Assembly (NCBI GenBank): GCA_049840815.1 | Contig: JASGJI010000019.1 | Coordinates: 128,613 to 192,612, forward strand | Direction: 5' to 3' | Source of the DNA: Thermomicrobiales bacterium | GTDB taxonomy: Bacteria > Chloroflexota > Chloroflexia > Thermomicrobiales > UBA6265 | Length of the DNA: 64,000 nucleotides | Part shown: positions 39,563 to 49,779 of the stretch, piece by piece | How the letters are laid out: each line of letters begins with the position of its first letter | Position numbering within the stretch: the stretch's first letter is position 1 | Translations under genes and position numbers: made by a program | The notes under the pieces: generated by a model | Database searches by the model: none | The model's input: the letters and a program-made list of their open reading frames with translations, nothing else | What the model was told of the DNA's origin: nothing

Positions 39563-40123
39563 TCAGATTGCCGACGATTCCCCATCGGAAAGCGGGGGCA
39601 GGCCGATCTGCTCGCGGCTGGTGAAGATGTGCATCCGCTCGGCATCGATCCGGGCATAGGGCGCGGGTTGGCCCCACTCTTCGCGCCAGTCGTCCATCTG
39701 CTTCGGCCACCAGTCACCGTAGATGCTCGCCGCGTTCGCGAAGAACGCGCGAAAGAGGTCCGTGTCCTGATCGACGATCCCGGCCCGGCCGTGAATGATG
39801 ATGCCCAGGGATTCGCCTTCGAGATAGGTGGCGCTGACGTCCGGACGCTCGCGGATGTGGCGCATCCGGAGCGAGTGCGGGGCCGAACCAAACCACCATG
39901 CGCCCCGGAAGAAGAAACCATCCACCGGGGCGTTGCGCGGCCGGCCGTCGCGGGTGACCGTGGCGAGGCTGAGCAGGCGCATGCCGGTGAGGTGATCCGC
40001 GAGTTCCCTGGCGGAGATGTAGCGGTCGGGGGTGATGATCGACCGCATATGCTCCCCCATGCTGGCGTAACTGTGATCGAGCAATGCCTGAAGCTGACGC
40101 AGATCGTCCGGTGTCTCGTGCAT
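39563..40123 (-). CDS. Pyridoxamine 5'-phosphate oxidase-like (PPOX) family protein
   Basis: LATVTRDGRPRNAPV, RMRHIRERPDVS. Confidence 0.85.
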   Translation of the reverse strand: MHETPDDLRQLQALLDHSYASMGEHMRSIITPDRYISARELADHLTGMRLLSLATVTRDGRPRNAPVDGFFFRGAWWFGSAPHSLRMRHIRERPDVSATYLEGESLGIIIHGRAGIVDQDTDLFRAFFANAASIYGDWWPKQMDDWREEWGQPAPYARIDAERMHIFTSREQIGLPPLSDGESSAI

Positions 40124-40273
40124 GAATCGCTCCCCTTGGTGATGGACGAGCGACTATTCTGGAACAGATGATCGCATTTGGCAATCGGTATGACGCCCAG
40201 ATGCGCGAGGTACAGGAAGGGCTGGCCCATATGGACCAGCCCTTCCCGGCGTTCTGGATGTACCGGATGACGG

Positions 40274-41143
40274 TCAGGAAGCAACGCCCGCAACGTCGAG
40301 GAGCTTCTGCGTGGCCTCGGCGGTCTGCTTCGCGGCGGCGAGTGGGTCCTTCGCGCCAAGCTCGCTCAGCTCGACCAGGAATGGCTCGGTCGCGACCGGA
40401 CCGGTGTAGCCGATCTTGGCGAGTCGGCGCAGCATTTCCGGCGCATCGATGACGCCGGTTTCCAGCGGCATCGCCCGGCGGGAGTCGACCTGCTCGTCGA
40501 TCTCAAGCCCCTTCGGCGCGTCGTTGACGTGCACGTAGAGCACATCGGACGCCTTCAGGTTATCGAGTTCGTCGATGGTGCCGTGGGCGGTGTAGTGGTG
40601 CCAGACATCGAAGAGGACGCCGACATTGCCCGTTCCCGCATCCTTGGCGAAGCCGAGCATCTGCTGCATGGAGTAGATGCCCTCATAGGTGAAGAGGTTG
40701 CGCAGGGTCTTCGGCGAGATGAACTCGATGCCGATCTGGAGACCAGCGGCCTTGGCAGCCTCGGCGGTGGGGCGGAATCGCTCCAGCATCCAGGCGTAGT
40801 TCTCGTCGTAGGGACGGTCATTGCTGCCCGGCATGATACCGGTGAGGCTGTTGCTGGCGCCGAGCGCGAGGGCGACTTCGGCCAGGGCCGGAAGCTCGGC
40901 GATCTGGGCGTCGCGGGTCTCGTCGTTCTGCCAGTTGATCGGCAGGCCGAAGCCAGCCGGCTTGATCCCGGCGTCGTCGAAGAGGGCCTTCACATAGGCA
41001 ATGCCATGCTGATCGGCGAGGTCCTTCGCCTCACGGACTTCGAAGTTGACGCCCTGGAAGCCCGCTTCCTTGGCGAGGGCAATTGTCTCGGCGAGGGTCA
41101 GACCCTTGATGCCGATGGCGCCCGGCAGAAGTGCGTTGTACAT
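40274..41143 (-). CDS. Sugar phosphate isomerase/epimerase (xylose isomerase-like TIM barrel)
   Basis: GIEFI, LFDVWH, VHVND, TEPF metal-binding motifs. Confidence 0.88.
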   Translation of the reverse strand: MYNALLPGAIGIKGLTLAETIALAKEAGFQGVNFEVREAKDLADQHGIAYVKALFDDAGIKPAGFGLPINWQNDETRDAQIAELPALAEVALALGASNSLTGIMPGSNDRPYDENYAWMLERFRPTAEAAKAAGLQIGIEFISPKTLRNLFTYEGIYSMQQMLGFAKDAGTGNVGVLFDVWHHYTAHGTIDELDNLKASDVLYVHVNDAPKGLEIDEQVDSRRAMPLETGVIDAPEMLRRLAKIGYTGPVATEPFLVELSELGAKDPLAAAKQTAEATQKLLDVAGVAS

Positions 41144-41166
41144 GGGGTGTGCTCCGAGAAGTGATA

Positions 41167-41243
41167 AGTGAGGACATAGAACAGAGGACCGAGAACGGAG
41201 AGCGACACCCTTCGTTCTATGTCCTCCGTCCTATGTCCTCACT
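41167..41243. repeat. Intergenic inverted-repeat element of the same AGTGAGGA family
   Basis: 23-bp arms 41167-41189 / 41221-41243, 21/23 identity, adjacent to a stop codon. Confidence 0.65.
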
Positions 41244-41246
41244 CCT

Positions 41247-42371
41247 CTAGTGGACGATTTCCTCAGGCACCTCGACTGAGTACGGCGTGGAGACCGCTTC
41301 GGTGCGGATGACCGGGGCAGCGGTCGGATCTTCCGGCAGCGTGACCCACTGGCCAGCCTGCGCGGAGAGGTACGCGCCCTTGATCACCTGGAGGGTGCGG
41401 ATGGTCTCGGCCATCGGCGCGGCGTTCTTGGCGCCGGACTGCACCATGTCGATGAAGTGGCCGATCTCCAGCGTGAAGGAGTGGATCGGATCGAACGTGC
41501 GCTTCGCGGCCTCCGGCCAGCGGTAGAGCTGGTGCTCCAGGTAGTTCGGGCCACCGGCGAGGGTGCCGAACTCACCGCTGACCTCGAAGTGGCGGGCGCC
41601 AACGACATCGAACGCCCAGCTCGTGATGATCTCGCCGATCACCCCGGACTCGAAGCGGACGAGCACCTGGCCCGTGTCCTCGGTCGGCAGGTTCTGGTGC
41701 AGGAAGCGGCTGAGGACGCCGAAGACTTCCACCGGGCGATCGCCGTTCGCCAGCGAGAGCAGGCGATAGGTGCTGTGGTAGCCAGTGTCCAGCAGCTCGC
41801 CGCCGCCGGCCTGCTTCAGGTCCGCGCGCCAGCCCTTCTGGTCGCCACCCTTGCCGGAGCTGCCCGGTTCCCACGGATCGAAGCTGCGAGCCTGGAAGGT
41901 CTCGATCGAGCGCAGGTAGTACGGGTTGCCGAGGAAGCCGCCATCGAGCAGGCGCCGCGCCTCCAGCAAGGACGGGTAGAAGAGGTTGTTGTGCGCGCCC
42001 ATGAAGATGACGCCGGCCTCTTCGACGGCCTTCTGGATGGTGATGGCGTCGTCGAGGGAGGTCGTCAGCGGCTTCTCGCAGAGGATGGCCTTGCCGGCCT
42101 TCGCACCGGCGAGGATGGCCGGGGTGTGCAGGTGATGCGGGAGGCAGATATCGAAGACATCGATATCGGGATCGGCGGCTGCCTCTTCAATGGTGCCGTA
42201 GACCTTGGCCTTGCCACCGGTGTACTTGTCGCTCTGGGCCTGGGCGCGATCGGTCGCGATGTCGATGTACGCCGCGATGACGGCCTTTTCGGGGAAGCTG
42301 TTCCAGCCGACGGAGTGGACGTTCGAGATACCGCCTGCGCCGACGATGCCAACTCGGAGAACGTTTGCCAC
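41247..42371 (-). CDS. Gfo/Idh/MocA family oxidoreductase
   Basis: VGIVGAGGIS, LCEKP, GGGELLDTGYH. Confidence 0.92.
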   Translation of the reverse strand: MANVLRVGIVGAGGISNVHSVGWNSFPEKAVIAAYIDIATDRAQAQSDKYTGGKAKVYGTIEEAAADPDIDVFDICLPHHLHTPAILAGAKAGKAILCEKPLTTSLDDAITIQKAVEEAGVIFMGAHNNLFYPSLLEARRLLDGGFLGNPYYLRSIETFQARSFDPWEPGSSGKGGDQKGWRADLKQAGGGELLDTGYHSTYRLLSLANGDRPVEVFGVLSRFLHQNLPTEDTGQVLVRFESGVIGEIITSWAFDVVGARHFEVSGEFGTLAGGPNYLEHQLYRWPEAAKRTFDPIHSFTLEIGHFIDMVQSGAKNAAPMAETIRTLQVIKGAYLSAQAGQWVTLPEDPTAAPVIRTEAVSTPYSVEVPEEIVH

Positions 42372-42780
42372 GGGGGAGATCCTCACTTCTGCTCGTCGCG
42401 GCGTCGTGCCGCGTTGCTGCCCTCACCGGATTGCCGGTGATGTTGCGTAGGCCGCCATGGCGCATTGTACCGAGGCCCCCGAAGATCACAAGGGGGAGGA
42501 TAGCCACATTGCATCAGGAAGGCCCATCCCCGCATCCCCGGGCGACCTACGGGCGCGTATTTCGATAGCGAATTCGGCAACCGGTGCCACTTCCATCCTG
42601 AATAGTCAACTGCTGAATATTCAGGAAATCTATATTCATCTCGATGATAGAGAGACGATATTCACGATAACCATTCTTACCAGAGATCAAGACTCGTGAT
42701 AACCTTTGATCCGTCAGATGGGTTTCTCTGATGCGCGCCGCAATGGAACGGCACGACAGCGCTGATCTATAGGACAGGGA

Positions 42781-43257
42781 ATGGCTATGGCAACAACACT
42801 GAATATCAATGGCCGCGATGTCGAAGTACCCGTCGATGCCTCCGATGAGACGGTCCGCTTGCTGTGGGTCCTGCGCAACGACCTCGGCATGACGGGCACG
42901 AAGTTCGGATGTGGCGTCGCCCAATGCGGAGCCTGCGCCGTCCTCATCGATGGCAAGGAAGCCCGTGCCTGCATCACGCCGCTCTCGGCCGCGGTCGGGA
43001 AGAAGATCACCACCGTCGAAGGCCTCGCCGATCCGAACGGCACCCTGCACGCACTTCAGCAGGCCTGGATCGCGTTCGGTGTTCCCCAGTGCGGCTATTG
43101 CCAGTCGGGTCAGCTCATGGCTGCCGCCTCGCTCCTGAACGAGAATCCGCATCCGACCGACGACGAGATCCGTGAGGGAATGTCGGGTCACCTCTGCCGA
43201 TGCGGAACGTATACCCGCATCTTCAAGGCTATCCAGAGCGTGGCCCAGCAGAACTAG
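42781..43257 (+). CDS. (2Fe-2S)-binding small subunit (IorA/CoxS-like)
   Basis: GCGVAQCGAC, QCGYC, HLCRCGTY. Confidence 0.95.
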   Translation: MAMATTLNINGRDVEVPVDASDETVRLLWVLRNDLGMTGTKFGCGVAQCGACAVLIDGKEARACITPLSAAVGKKITTVEGLADPNGTLHALQQAWIAFGVPQCGYCQSGQLMAAASLLNENPHPTDDEIREGMSGHLCRCGTYTRIFKAIQSVAQQN

Positions 43258-43266
43258 GGGAACACC

Positions 43267-45582
43267 ATGATCAGCGAAACACCGAAAACCGAATCGTCGC
43301 TCGCGCAGAAGACGCTCCACCGCGCGCTGAGCCGCCGCTCGTTCTTCAAGACGGCTGGCGCTGCCGGGGGGTTGGCGATCGTCTGGAGAACGGGCGCGCT
43401 CGCGCAGGATGCAACACCGTCCGCATCGCCGATCGCCCTGCCGCCCTCAAGCAATCTCGTCGACAACTACAATCCCGCTCCCAACATCACCATTCTCAAG
43501 AGTCCAACCGATGTCGATGCATACCTTGCCATCGACCAGGATGGCAACGTCACGCTGAAGACCAGCCTGGTCGATTTCGGCCAGGGCATCGAAACCGGGT
43601 TCATGCAGATCGTCGCCGAGGAGCTCGGGACCGCATTCGAGAAGGTGTCCCTGATCATGGGGCAGGTCGATGAGGTGCCCTTCAACATCGGAACCTTCGG
43701 CAGCCTGAGCACCCAGGTCTCTGGTCCCATCTTTCGCTCGGCCGCCGCGACCATGCGCGAGTGGCTGCTCGATCTCGGGGCCGAGGCCCTTGGCGTCGAC
43801 CGCAGCGATGTCGTCGCCGAAAACGGGGGCGTCGTCTCCAAGAGCGATCCGAACAAGCAGATCGGCTTCGGCGACCTCGCGGGCGGCAAGGCGTCGTCCA
43901 AGCAGATCGATGCCAAGGTCACGCTCAAGGATCCCTCGACCTACACGATCGTTGGCCAGCCAATCCCGCGCGTGCATGCGCTGGAAAAGGTCACCGGCCG
44001 GTCGAAATACGGCATCGATTCGGCCCTTCCGGGAATGATTCACGCGAAGCTGGTTCGCCCGCCGCAGCTTGGCGCGCAGCTCCAGGACATCGACTTCAGC
44101 GAAGCCGAGAAGGTCCCGGGCTACGTCGGCAGCTTCCGGGACGGCAACTTCGCCGCGGTCGTCGCGGATCGCTACGAGCATGCCGCCGCCGCCGTGCAGG
44201 CGGTCAAGGCGACGTGGAGCGAAGTCAAGACCGGCAACACCTCGGAGAACATCCACGAGGTGTTGCGCTCGACCGCCGATGCAGGCCGGCCGCTTGGCGC
44301 GGCAGCCGTTGGGGAGGGAACGCCAACCCCGGTTCCGGCCACGCCGTTGCCTGCCGCCCAGACCCTCAAGCTGACGTTCCAGGACCAGTACGTCAACCAT
44401 GCGCCGATCGAGCCCAAGGCAGCCCTGGTCAATGTTACCGCCGACCGGGTCGATGTCTGGGCATCGTCGCAGACGCCCCACGGCGTTCAGGCTGCGGTGG
44501 CTGCCCAGCTCGGGATCGACACGAGCAAGGTCTCGGTGCACACGCTCCTCTCCGGCGGCGCCTTCGGCAGCAAGATCCTGGCGAACCCGGAACTGCCGGC
44601 GGCGGTGCTTTCGGCCCACTTCGGCAAGCCGGTCAAGCTGATCTGGGACAGGAGTGAGGAATTCCAGTATGCGCAGTTCCGTCCGGCGATGGTCGTCGAT
44701 GTCACCACTGGCCTGACCAGCGATGGCAAGATCACCTCCTGGACGTACGACGCGTATTCCGCCGCGTACTATCCGGAGGGAGCCAAGACGGCGACGGATT
44801 CGGCGTCGGACTGGGGCGCGGATGTCACCGAGATCTACTCGGTCGACGTGTCCAAGTCCACGTTGTTCGGAGGCCACGCGCCGCTCCCGCCGTACTACTG
44901 GCGCGTGAACGGCGCATCGACGAACGCATTCGCGCGTGAGACAACGATCACCCAGTTGGCGGAACTTGCCGGCAAGGACCCGCTCAGCTTCCGGCTCGAG
45001 TTGCTGGACAAGAATCCGCGCATGGCCGCCGTGCTGCAGGCGGTTGTCGACCAGGCCGGATGGACGCCGGGCGTCGGCTCGTCAGGGAAGGGATTCGGCC
45101 TTGCGTGTGCGTTCGACGCCAGTTCCTACGTGGCGCAGGTCGCGCAGGTGAAGATCGACGAATCGACGGGAGTGATCTCTGTGGAGCGCGTCGACTGCGT
45201 GATCGACTGCGGCCTCATCGTCAATCCCGAGGGGGTGCGCCATCAGGTGGAAGGCGCGATCGTGCTCTCGCTGAGCCCGACGCTCAAGGAAGCCATTACC
45301 TTCGACAACGGCAAGGTCACCAATCCCAGCTGGGCGCAGTACAACCCGTTGCACATGAACGAGGCTCCCCGCCAGATCGAGGTCGGCTTCGTCGAGGACA
45401 AGAGCAACCCGATCAGCGGCGTTGGCGAACCGGCGGTGGCGCCGGTGCCGGCGGCGGTTGCCGCGGCCGTCTACGATGCGGTCGGAGTCTGGCTGTACGA
45501 GATGCCATTCACGCCGGATCGCGTGCTGGCCGCGCTCCAGAACGCGGGCAAGGCGACCCCGGCGGCGACGCCAGCATCCTGA
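43267..45582 (+). CDS. Molybdopterin-dependent oxidoreductase large subunit (IorB-like), Tat signal
   Basis: SRRSFFK signal, GQGIETG, GGAFGSK, GVGEPAV. Confidence 0.92.
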   Translation: MISETPKTESSLAQKTLHRALSRRSFFKTAGAAGGLAIVWRTGALAQDATPSASPIALPPSSNLVDNYNPAPNITILKSPTDVDAYLAIDQDGNVTLKTSLVDFGQGIETGFMQIVAEELGTAFEKVSLIMGQVDEVPFNIGTFGSLSTQVSGPIFRSAAATMREWLLDLGAEALGVDRSDVVAENGGVVSKSDPNKQIGFGDLAGGKASSKQIDAKVTLKDPSTYTIVGQPIPRVHALEKVTGRSKYGIDSALPGMIHAKLVRPPQLGAQLQDIDFSEAEKVPGYVGSFRDGNFAAVVADRYEHAAAAVQAVKATWSEVKTGNTSENIHEVLRSTADAGRPLGAAAVGEGTPTPVPATPLPAAQTLKLTFQDQYVNHAPIEPKAALVNVTADRVDVWASSQTPHGVQAAVAAQLGIDTSKVSVHTLLSGGAFGSKILANPELPAAVLSAHFGKPVKLIWDRSEEFQYAQFRPAMVVDVTTGLTSDGKITSWTYDAYSAAYYPEGAKTATDSASDWGADVTEIYSVDVSKSTLFGGHAPLPPYYWRVNGASTNAFARETTITQLAELAGKDPLSFRLELLDKNPRMAAVLQAVVDQAGWTPGVGSSGKGFGLACAFDASSYVAQVAQVKIDESTGVISVERVDCVIDCGLIVNPEGVRHQVEGAIVLSLSPTLKEAITFDNGKVTNPSWAQYNPLHMNEAPRQIEVGFVEDKSNPISGVGEPAVAPVPAAVAAAVYDAVGVWLYEMPFTPDRVLAALQNAGKATPAATPAS

Positions 45583-45602
45583 TTCCTGTTCGCCTCAACG
45601 GA

Positions 45603-45634
45603 CGAGGGGCGCCGGCATTTGCCGGCGCCCCTCG
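45603..45634. terminator. Bidirectional stem-loop
   Basis: 15-bp stem between convergent genes. Confidence 0.65.
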
Positions 45635-45658
45635 CGGCGTCTCAGGAAATCGGTTCGC

Positions 45659-46651
45659 TCAACTCGGGAACGCCGGGGACGGCTCGCCATCGATCAGGTA
45701 GCGTTGCAAGTCGTCCTGCACGTATCGAGCGGCCATGTACCCACGCAACGTGATCCAGTATTCCTGCGGCACGAAGTAGATCGTCTGGTTCTGGACGGAT
45801 TGCAGGCCCTTCACCAGATCGGACTTGAAGAACTCCGCCACCGACGCATCGGCATCGGCGTTGCCATCAGACACGATCCAGAGCGTTGGGAAGTCGACAT
45901 CCCGGATGTTCTCGATCGACAGGTCCGTCGCGATGCCGTTGCTCCCGGCATCGACATCCGGAACCTGCAGGGTGTGGTCGGCCAGGATACTGGAGATGCA
46001 GGCATTGCGCTTCTGGAGGCGGATCGCTTCCTTCGTGAACCGCAGGACTGCTGTCTCGGTATCCCGGAACTGCTCCGGCAGCGCCGCCACGATCTCCTGC
46101 ACCCGCGCATCGTACGCGTCGGAGACGGTCTGCAAGGCATCGAGCCGGTTCATCGCGTCGGCAGCGATCATCGAATCATCGCGCCAGCCGTCCCGGAACT
46201 CGCCGGAGAGCACGGTCGGGGCGATGTGCTTGACCAGGTCGTAGGTGGTGGGATCACCGTAGTAGGTCATCACGATCAGGTCGGGATCGAGTGCGACCAC
46301 TGACTCGACATCCAGCGTCTCGTTCTTGCCAAGCGCCACGATCCCGTCGGTGTCCTCGCCGAGGATCTTCGGGAATGCGTCCGCCGTGCCATAGCGGGAC
46401 GCTGCCACCGGCTTGATGCCCAGCGCGAGCGCCAGACCGAGCAGGTTGACGTCCAGCACGACGACGCGCTGCGGATCGGCCGGAATCTCGACCGTATTGC
46501 CGAGAACGTCCGCGACCGTGCGGAAGCCGGTCGCCGGAGAGGCGGCGGGCGTGGCCTGACGGCCCTGCGCGACAAGGGGCGGTCCCGCGACAGCCGCGGC
46601 ACCGGCCATGCCAGCAAAGGTACGACGTGAGATGTGGCGACGATCGACCAT
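45659..46651 (-). CDS. Iron-siderophore/cobalamin-type ABC substrate-binding protein, Tat signal
   Basis: SRRTF signal, IPADPQRVVVLD, ESVVALDPDLI. Confidence 0.88.
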   Translation of the reverse strand: MVDRRHISRRTFAGMAGAAAVAGPPLVAQGRQATPAASPATGFRTVADVLGNTVEIPADPQRVVVLDVNLLGLALALGIKPVAASRYGTADAFPKILGEDTDGIVALGKNETLDVESVVALDPDLIVMTYYGDPTTYDLVKHIAPTVLSGEFRDGWRDDSMIAADAMNRLDALQTVSDAYDARVQEIVAALPEQFRDTETAVLRFTKEAIRLQKRNACISSILADHTLQVPDVDAGSNGIATDLSIENIRDVDFPTLWIVSDGNADADASVAEFFKSDLVKGLQSVQNQTIYFVPQEYWITLRGYMAARYVQDDLQRYLIDGEPSPAFPS

Positions 46652-46752
46652 TCCCGCTTCCTTCTGCGATCTGTAAGGGCAAATCCGGCCCCGGCATACC
46701 GAAGTACATAAAGCATACTATAATGGTCGGATTTATCTCTGGGCAGAAGGTA

Positions 46753-47412
46753 TCAAACCGGCACCATACCTCGAGTGGCACGCTCGGTGAGCGCAGCCCC
46801 GATGCGTGCCATGGCCCAGCAAACCACAACGAACCCGAGCAGGATCGCCACACACACGGCAACCACGCCCGGCCAGCCGCCGGATTGCGCCGGATCGAGG
46901 AACGGGTAGGGATACCAATCCACGATCTGCGCCCGGATCAGGGTATACCCCAGCCAGAGCATGGGATAGATCGCCCAGATGAGCGACTGCCGAAACGTGA
47001 TGCGGCGAGAGAGCGGGACGAGCAGGAAGTCGGCGATCAACACGAGCGGCACGATCCGGTGCACCACCTCGTTGACCCAGGGAATCGTCGTCTGGAGTTC
47101 CTCAGTGATGTCGGAGAGGAGCAGCGCGAAGACAATGAACGTCAGGGTGAGATAGATCGCCGCCGCCCCGCGCACCAGGTCCCATTCCCGCGTCGGGCGG
47201 GCGACGAACGGCAACCCGAACGCCCCGACCAACAGCACGACCGCCGCAATGATGTTGCTCTGGATCGTGAAGAGGCTGAAGAAGTTCGCCTGCTTGAACG
47301 GATCGCCGTGGCTGCCACTGAAGAACTGCTACGCCATCGCCACGATATCGAGCACCCCGAAGACAAGGCGGTACCCGCGAACCGAGAGCGGCAACGGACC
47401 CGGAGGAATCAT
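46753..47412 (-). pseudogene. Pr6Pr-family membrane protein with an in-frame TAG at codon 28
   Basis: NFFSLFTIQSN, H..VP, WYPYPFLDP motifs; ATGA overlap with the upstream gene; TAG at 47331-47329. Confidence 0.7.
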
Positions 47413-48107
47413 GGCGTCACCTCCCACCGCGTACCCGTCATCCCGATGCGACGTCCATCTGTCGTCGAAATCTGCACCTTCGCCGCGACAGCGATCGCCG
47501 CCGTTCCCAGCAGCACGCTTCCCACCACATCACTGGTCCAGTGCGCACCGCTCCAGATTCGCGCGAAGCCTGTCACCCCGACCCCGACAACCCAGATCGC
47601 ACCAGCAAGGCGCGGAGCGAGCGGCCACGACAGGTGCCGGACCATCAACACGGCAATGGTCCCGAACAGCGCCATCGCGGTGAGCGTGTGCCCGCTCGGG
47701 AAGCCGAACCCGTTCGCGTGCTCCACGAGGTGAACCTGCGCCGATGTCGGCCGCGGACTCTGGACGATGCTCTTGATGGGGAAGGCCGCCGCACGCAGGA
47801 TCAGGACGGCCCCCAGGAGGGCCACATCATTCCACCACCGCATCGCAGCAGTGACGATGAGTCCTCCAATGGCGATCCAGATAATCCAACCGCTCGTCCC
47901 GAAGGCGTCTCCGATATGCCAGAGCGTGCGCCACGGCTGCCCATGCAGGCGCTGCAGGTGAGTGGTCACCCAAAGATCACCGGGAAGGGTTTCGACCGTT
48001 CCGGCAAGCATCGCCAGCACGACGAAGAGGGATGCCAGCACCCCGATGGCCGGCCAGGAGAGCGGCCAGCCATCGGGCCGGGTCCGGAGTGGAGGAGGTT
48101 CGGTCAT
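47409..48107 (-). CDS. PAP2 family phosphatase
   Basis: KSIVQSPRP, FPSGH, ARIWSGAHWTSDV. Confidence 0.9.
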   Translation of the reverse strand: MTEPPPLRTRPDGWPLSWPAIGVLASLFVVLAMLAGTVETLPGDLWVTTHLQRLHGQPWRTLWHIGDAFGTSGWIIWIAIGGLIVTAAMRWWNDVALLGAVLILRAAAFPIKSIVQSPRPTSAQVHLVEHANGFGFPSGHTLTAMALFGTIAVLMVRHLSWPLAPRLAGAIWVVGVGVTGFARIWSGAHWTSDVVGSVLLGTAAIAVAAKVQISTTDGRRIGMTGTRWEVTP

Positions 48108-48796
48108 GGGCGCACCGTTTCGAGGATCGCGCCAGCTTCGTCAATGGTCAGGGCGAGATCGGCCATGCCGATGAAGAGGCCATGCTCCACCACGCCGACA
48201 ATCGACTTCAGCGCCCCGGCCAGTCCGGCAGGATCGGCGAATCCCCCCTCCGGCGGGTCGCAATCGACAATCCAGTGGCCACCATCGGTGACATACGTCG
48301 ACCCGTCCGCGTTCGCGCGCAAGACCGGATTCAGGCCGAGCGCGACGATTTCACGGGTCGTCGCCTTCCATCCAAGCGGCATCACCTCGACGGGCAATGG
48401 CAGGCGCGTCCCGAGCCGGGGGACCAGCTTCTCGTCGGAGGCGATGATGAGGTAGCGATGCGCCTGCCGGGCGACCAGCTTCTCGAAGAGCAGCGCACCA
48501 CCCTTGCCCTTCACCACATCGACGTTCGCATCGATCTCGTCCGCGCCGTCGATGCAGAGATCGAGGCGTTCGACATCGTCCAACGCGGCGAGCGGGATGC
48601 TCAGGCTCTGCGCGAGGGCAATCGTGCGATTCGAGGTCGCGACACCGGTGACCTCCAGGCCATCCGCGACGCGAGCACCGAGGGCGCGGATCATGGCCTC
48701 AGCGGTGGACCCGGTGCCAAGCCCGACCGTGCTGCCATCGGCAACTTCGGCGGCAGCGCGCGCACCGATGAGGGCGAGTCGTTCGTTACTGTCCAT
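48104..48796 (-). CDS. rpiA: Ribose-5-phosphate isomerase A
   Basis: GLGTGST, DGADE, KGKGGALLFEK. Confidence 0.96.
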   Translation of the reverse strand: MDSNERLALIGARAAAEVADGSTVGLGTGSTAEAMIRALGARVADGLEVTGVATSNRTIALAQSLSIPLAALDDVERLDLCIDGADEIDANVDVVKGKGGALLFEKLVARQAHRYLIIASDEKLVPRLGTRLPLPVEVMPLGWKATTREIVALGLNPVLRANADGSTYVTDGGHWIVDCDPPEGGFADPAGLAGALKSIVGVVEHGLFIGMADLALTIDEAGAILETVRP

Positions 48797-49583
48797 CGGT
48801 CGGCGTCCGATCCAGCTGGGCTGCGGCGGCCTCGTCCACGAGCCAGATCAGGGTGCCGTCGGTCGGGCGAATGACCTGGCAAGGCGTTTCGTCGATCTGG
48901 ATCGGGCCATCGAGGACCTGATGCAGGCGTTCTGCCTTGCCCGCGCCAGCGAGCAGGAAGACGGCCATTGCGGCAGCGTTCGCGAGTGCCGGGGTGAAGG
49001 TGAGACGCGTCGTGTTCAGCTTCGGCACCTCGTTCTCGACCGCCAGCCGGGCGTGATTGTGCACGGCGGAAGTGTGCGGGAAGAGCGAGAGCGTATGCCC
49101 GTCGTCGCCCATGCCGAGGAAGATCAGGTCGAAGCGCGGCGCGCCGTCTTCGACCTGCGTCACCTCCCGGATCAGACGCTCGTAGCGGTCAGCGGCGGCG
49201 GCAGGATCACTTCCGGGGTCCGTCTCCCAGGGATGGACGTTCTCGGCCGGGATGGCGACATGCTCCAGGAATCCGCGGAGGGCTTCCCCGGCGTTGCTCT
49301 CGGGGTCCTCGATGGAGACCCACCGCTCGTCGCCCCAGAAGGCTTGCAGGCGGTCCCAGCGGACACGGCCGGCGTACTCCGGGGTCCGGAGGAGGGCTCC
49401 CATCTTCTTGGGGGTCGAACCGCCCGAAAGCGCGACGATCGCGTCACGGTCCTCGGCGGCGGCAGCGGCGATGACCGAGATGAGCGTCTCAGCGGCAGTG
49501 GTAGCGAGCGTATCGCCGTCCTGAACGACGACGACGGTACCTCGCTCGCCATAGTCGATAGTCTTGAGGCCAGTGAATGGCAT
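48786..49583 (-). CDS. pgl: 6-phosphogluconolactonase
   Basis: LSGGSTP, FWGDERWV, LGMGDDGHTLSLFP. Confidence 0.95.
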   Translation of the reverse strand: MPFTGLKTIDYGERGTVVVVQDGDTLATTAAETLISVIAAAAAEDRDAIVALSGGSTPKKMGALLRTPEYAGRVRWDRLQAFWGDERWVSIEDPESNAGEALRGFLEHVAIPAENVHPWETDPGSDPAAAADRYERLIREVTQVEDGAPRFDLIFLGMGDDGHTLSLFPHTSAVHNHARLAVENEVPKLNTTRLTFTPALANAAAMAVFLLAGAGKAERLHQVLDGPIQIDETPCQVIRPTDGTLIWLVDEAAAAQLDRTPTDGQ

Positions 49584-49779
49584 GGATCGGCTCCGTTCCC
49601 GTGGTGATCTCAGCGGACGAACTGCTGCGGGAATTGTACCGCCGGTGGGAGATGGGTGGCCTGACACGGAATGCTGCCATCGTCCCGATCGATGAACTCT
49701 CAGGACAATCTGGTCTGGATATGAGATTGTGTGTAAAGAGCATTGGCCCGACTGGTGACTGAACGAACAGGGTGAAGGG

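Noticed and set aside
46652-46752. Cobalamin riboswitch before the SBP
   Set aside because: The region is too short and lacks B12-box motifs.
47329-47331. Pyrrolysine recoding of the TAG
   Set aside because: No pyl genes or other internal ambers in the window, and TAG is used as a normal stop in several genes here.
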